A stretch of DNA of 64,000 nt from Mobula birostris (lineage: Eukaryota): NCBI RefSeq assembly GCF_030028105.1, contig NC_092371.1:14033884-14097883 (forward strand), in the 5' to 3' direction. Below are positions 60,101 to 64,000 of the stretch, piece by piece (within the stretch, counting starts at the first letter, position 1; each line of letters starts with the position of its first letter). A program made the translations under genes and the position numbers. The notes beneath the pieces are model-generated. The model saw only the letters and a program-made list of their open reading frames with translations, was not told the origin of the DNA and searched no databases.

Positions 60101-61939
60101 AAACTAGATACGAGGGCGTAGGGGAACCGGAGCGTAGTAACAGATGTAGGGAAGATGAAGAAAAAGAAAATAGTAAAGTTGTTTGCACCATTAGTAATAA
60201 ACAGAGTGTGAGAGGTGGAAAATTTCTTAAATACATTTATTTTAATGCTAGGAGCATTATAAGAAAGGTGGATGAGCTTAAAGCATGGATTGATTCCTGA
60301 AAGTATGATGTGGTAGCTATTAGTGAAACATGGTTACAGGAGGGGTGTGATTGGCAACTAAATATTCCTGGATTTAATTGCTTCAGGTGTGATAGAATCG
60401 GAGGGACAAGAGGGAAAGATGTTGCATTGCTTGTCAGAGAAAATATCACAGCGGTGCTCTGGCGGGATAGATCAGAGGGCTCGTCTAGGGAGGCTATTTG
60501 GGTGGAATTAAGGAATGGGAAAGGTGTGGTAACTCTTATGGAGGTGTATTATAGACCACCAAATGGGGAGTGAGAATTGGAGGAGCAAATTTGTAAGGAG
60601 ATAGCAGATATTTGTCGTAAGCACAAGGCTGTGATTGTGGGAGATTTTAATTTTCCACACATAGACTGGGAAGCCCATACTGTAAAAGAGCTGGATGGTT
60701 TGGAGTTTGTAGAATGTGTGCAGGATAGTTTTTTACAGAATACATATTAGTACCAACTAGAGAAGGGGCAGTGTTGGATCTCTTGTTAGGAATGAGATAG
60801 ATCAGATGATGGAGGTTTGTGTTGGGGAGCACTTCGGGTCCAGTGATCACAATGCTATTAGTTTCAATATAATTATGGAGAGGGATAGGTCTGCACCCAG
60901 GGTTGAGATTTTTGATTGGAGAAAGGCTAACTTTCAGAAGATGCGAAAGGATTTAGAAGGAGTGGATTGGGACAATTTGTTTTATGGGAAGAATGTGATA
61001 GAGAAATGGAGGTCACTTAAGGGTAAATTTTGAGAGTACAGAATCTTTATGTTCCTGTTAGGTTGAGAGGAAAGGTTCAAAGTTTGAGAGAGGCATGGTT
61101 TTCAAGGGACATTGGAAACTTGGTTCGGAAAAAGAGAGATATCTACAATAAATATAGGCAGCATGGAGTAAATGAGGTGCTCGAGGAATATAAAGAATGT
61201 AAAGAGAATCTTAAGAAAGAAATTTGATAAGCTAAAGGAAGATATGAGTTTGCTTTGGCAAGTAAGGTGAAAATAAATCCCAAGGGTTTCTACCGTTATA
61301 TTAATAGCAAAAGGATAGAGAGGGATAAAATTAGTCCCTTAGAGAATCATAGTGGACATCTATGTGTCGAGCCAAAAGAGATAGGGGAGATTCTGTACAA
61401 TTTCTTTTCTTCGATATTCACTAAGGAGAAGGATATTAAATTGTGTAAGATAAGGGAAACAGGTAGGGAATTTATCGAAACTATGATGATTAAAGAAGAG
61501 GAAGTACTGGAGCTTTTAAGGAATGTAAAGGTGGATAAGTATCCGGGTCCTGACAGGATATTCCCCAGGACGTTCAGGAAAATTAGTGTGGAAATAGCAG
61601 GGGCTCTGACAGAAATAGTTCAAACGTCATTCGAAACGGGGATGGTGCCGGAGGATTGGCGAATTGCTCATGTTGTTCCATTGTTTAAAAAGGATTCTAA
61701 GACTAAATCTAGCAATTATAGGCCTGTGAGTTTGACGTCAGTGGTGGGTCTGTTGATGGAAAGTATTCTTAGAGATGGTATATATAATTATCTGGATAGA
61801 CAGGGTCTGATTAGGAACAGTCAACATGGATTTATACGGGGAAGGTCATGTTTGACAAATCTTATTGAATTTTTGAAGAGGTTACTAGGAAAGTTGACGA
61901 GGGTAAAACGGTGGATGTTGTCTATATGGATTTCAGAAA

Positions 61940-63033
61940 TGTGACAAAGGGAGGCGTTGATGGCGGACCCAAATGCAAGACACAGACACTGAAGTACACG
62001 GAACAGGACCTGACTAGAAGCAGGGACGTGACTGAATACAGGCAAGGAGCAGGGACAAGAACGCAGTCTTGAGCTAGGACATGGACAAGACACGGAACCC
62101 GGACAAGTAACAATGCACTAGGAGCCTGGGCTTGGGCTCCGAGCCAGAAACTGGACAAGGACCCATAACCTGGGTCTTGTCTCGGGCTTGGGCCCCAGAA
62201 CCAGGCAAGGACATGACATGAGTACAGGGCAGGACGTGGTTGCGGTCTAGAGCCTTGAACTGAGGGACAGGCTGGGGTCTTGAGTTTGAGCTGGGAGACG
62301 GGCTGGGGTCTTGAGGTTTGAGCTGGGAGACAGGCTGGGGTCTTGTGGCTTGAACTGGAAGACATCTTGTGTCTCGTGGCTTCAGCTGAGAGACAGGCTG
62401 GGGTCTTTTGGGTTCAGCTGGGAGACAGGCTGGGGTCTTGTGGCTGGAGCCGGGAGACAGACTGGGGACTTGAGGCTTGAGCTGGGAGACAGGCTGGGGT
62501 CTTGGGTCTTGAGATGCGGAGGATGTTAACTCGGAGGCTGGAATTCGCAGACAGACTGGGAGCTGTACATAAACATAGAGCCGGGACTTATCCTTCGAAA
62601 TGCCATGACTCATCTTTAATATGACACCAACATGAGACTGGACAGAACATAGCCATAGAGCCGGAAATTATCCTTAGACAAGCCGGGACTCAACTTCACC
62701 TCCACACCAAGGTGGGACAGGTCCCTCCGTCGGGTAACGGCAGAATGGCCGGAATGACAAGGTTCCATGAAGCGATGGTTCTCTAACGCTGCTTAAAGAT
62801 GGCAAGTGGCCGCTCTAGCCTTCCAGCGGCAGGTTGCTCCCAGGGAATCTTGACAAGACCAACCAGCAGCCCACAGTCGTCCACAAGGCTACTTATATTC
62901 CAAGCCCCAAGATGGGAATCAGGTACCTATGTTTAACTCAACCAAAACAAGGGACAGCTGGAAGACCCGGAGTCCTGAGTCCACGGACCGGACCGTGAAC
63001 CGGAATGCGGACCTCACGGACCGGACGATGACA
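61940..63033 (-). mobile_element. Solo LTR (1094 bp) inserted in the CR1 RT
   Basis: TGT...ACA termini. TSD AGAAA/AGTAA (one mismatch) splits the CR1 DF-S-KAFDKV codons. TATA-like TATAAG on the minus strand. Confidence 0.85.
62270..62515. repeat. About 32-bp minisatellite inside the solo LTR, about 7-8 copies
   Basis: Unit gagctgggagacaggctggggtcttg(a/t)ggctt. Confidence 0.85.
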
Positions 63034-64000
63034 AGTAAGGCCTTTGACAAGGTCCCTCATGGAAGATTGCTTCGACAGGTTCAATTGTTAGGTATTAAAA
63101 TTGAAGTAGTAAAATGGATTCAGCAGTGGCTGGATGGGAGACGCCAGGGAGTGGTGGTGGATAACTGTTTGTCAGATTGGAGGCCGGTGACTATTGGTTT
63201 GCCTCAGCGATCTGTACTGGGTCCAATATTATTTGTCATATACATGAATGATCTGGATGATGGAGTGGTAAATTGGATGAGTAAGTATGCAGATGATATG
63301 AAGATAGGTGGAGTTGTGGATAATGCAGTAGGTTTTCAAAGCTTGCAGAGAGATTTAGGCAAGTTAGAAGAGTGGGCTGAAAGATGGCAGATGGAGTTTA
63401 ATTCTGATAAATGTGAGGTGCTACATTTTGGTAGGACTAATCAAAATAGGACATACATGGTAAATGGTAGGGCATTGAAGAATGCAGTAGAACAGAGGAA
63501 CAGGAATTAGGAATACTGGTGCATAGTTCCCTGAAGGTGAAATCTCATGTGGATAGGGTGGTGAAGAAAGCTTTTGATATGCTGGCCTTTGTAAATCAGA
63601 GCATTGAGTATAGGAGTTGGGATATAATGTTGAAATTGTACAAGACATTGGTGAGGCAAAATTTGGAGCATTGTGCACAGTTTTGGTCACCAAATTCTAG
63701 GAAAGATGTCAAGAAATTAGAGAGAGTACAGAGAAGATTTACTAGAATGTTACCTGGCTTTCATCACCTAAGTTGAAGTCGGGTCTTTATTCCTTGGAAC
63801 GTAGAAGGTTGATGGGTTGGGGGGGGGGGTTCTTGATAGAGGTATTTAAAATTATGAGGGGGATAGATAGAGTTAAGTTCGATTGGCTTTGTCCATTGAG
63901 AGTGGGGGAGATTCAAACAAGAGGACATGAGTTGAGAGTTAAAGGGCAAAAGTTTAGGGGTAACTTAGGTGGGAACCTCTTTACTCAGAGAGTGGTAGCT

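Larger units (their letters stand above)
59215..64000 (+). mobile_element. Long decayed CR1 (ORF1 zinc finger/esterase and ORF2 EN-RT) interrupted by an LTR
   Basis: ORF1 CxxC and VVVIGGSIVRG; ORF2 VAISETWL, KYPGPDRIFPR, YRPVSLTS and SKYADDMK, with many stops. Confidence 0.9.

Noticed and set aside
1-64000. tRNA, rRNA or CRISPR features
   Set aside because: The tRNA-like segments are SINE heads, the tandem repeats lack unique spacers, and no rRNA similarity was seen.

Overview
Vertebrate genomic DNA, most likely a cartilaginous fish (ray or shark; inferred only from the repeat repertoire: V-SINE/HE1-type SINEs, many CR1, Penelope, Rex1-like and Tc1-like elements). Most of the window is decayed transposons. 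Embedded in it are two convergent paralogous immunoglobulin-superfamily genes with antigen-receptor-type C1 domains that are 29/58 identical without gaps between the canonical cysteines. Gene B (minus strand, 33749 to 31573 and beyond) is leader, a germline-joined V(J) exon, C1 and TM, i.e. a non-rearranging antigen-receptor-like chain resembling PRARP/VJ-C1 genes. Gene A (plus strand, about 673-9075) is C1, TM and two cytoplasmic exons ending in IYAQL. It appears to have a leader directly upstream of C1 with no V exon, although that leader is out of frame by one G. An orphan TM plus cytoplasmic exon pair at 21517-21779 copies gene A's exon geometry but has an Asp in the TM. Other notable items are a Penelope insertion with inverted structure and a 13-bp TSD, hammerhead motifs, an R4/Dong-like remnant, bipartite RTE-derived elements, two related solo LTRs and several weak candidate exons. 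All splice models were read by eye and need transcript confirmation. Repeat boundaries are approximate unless a TSD is quoted.
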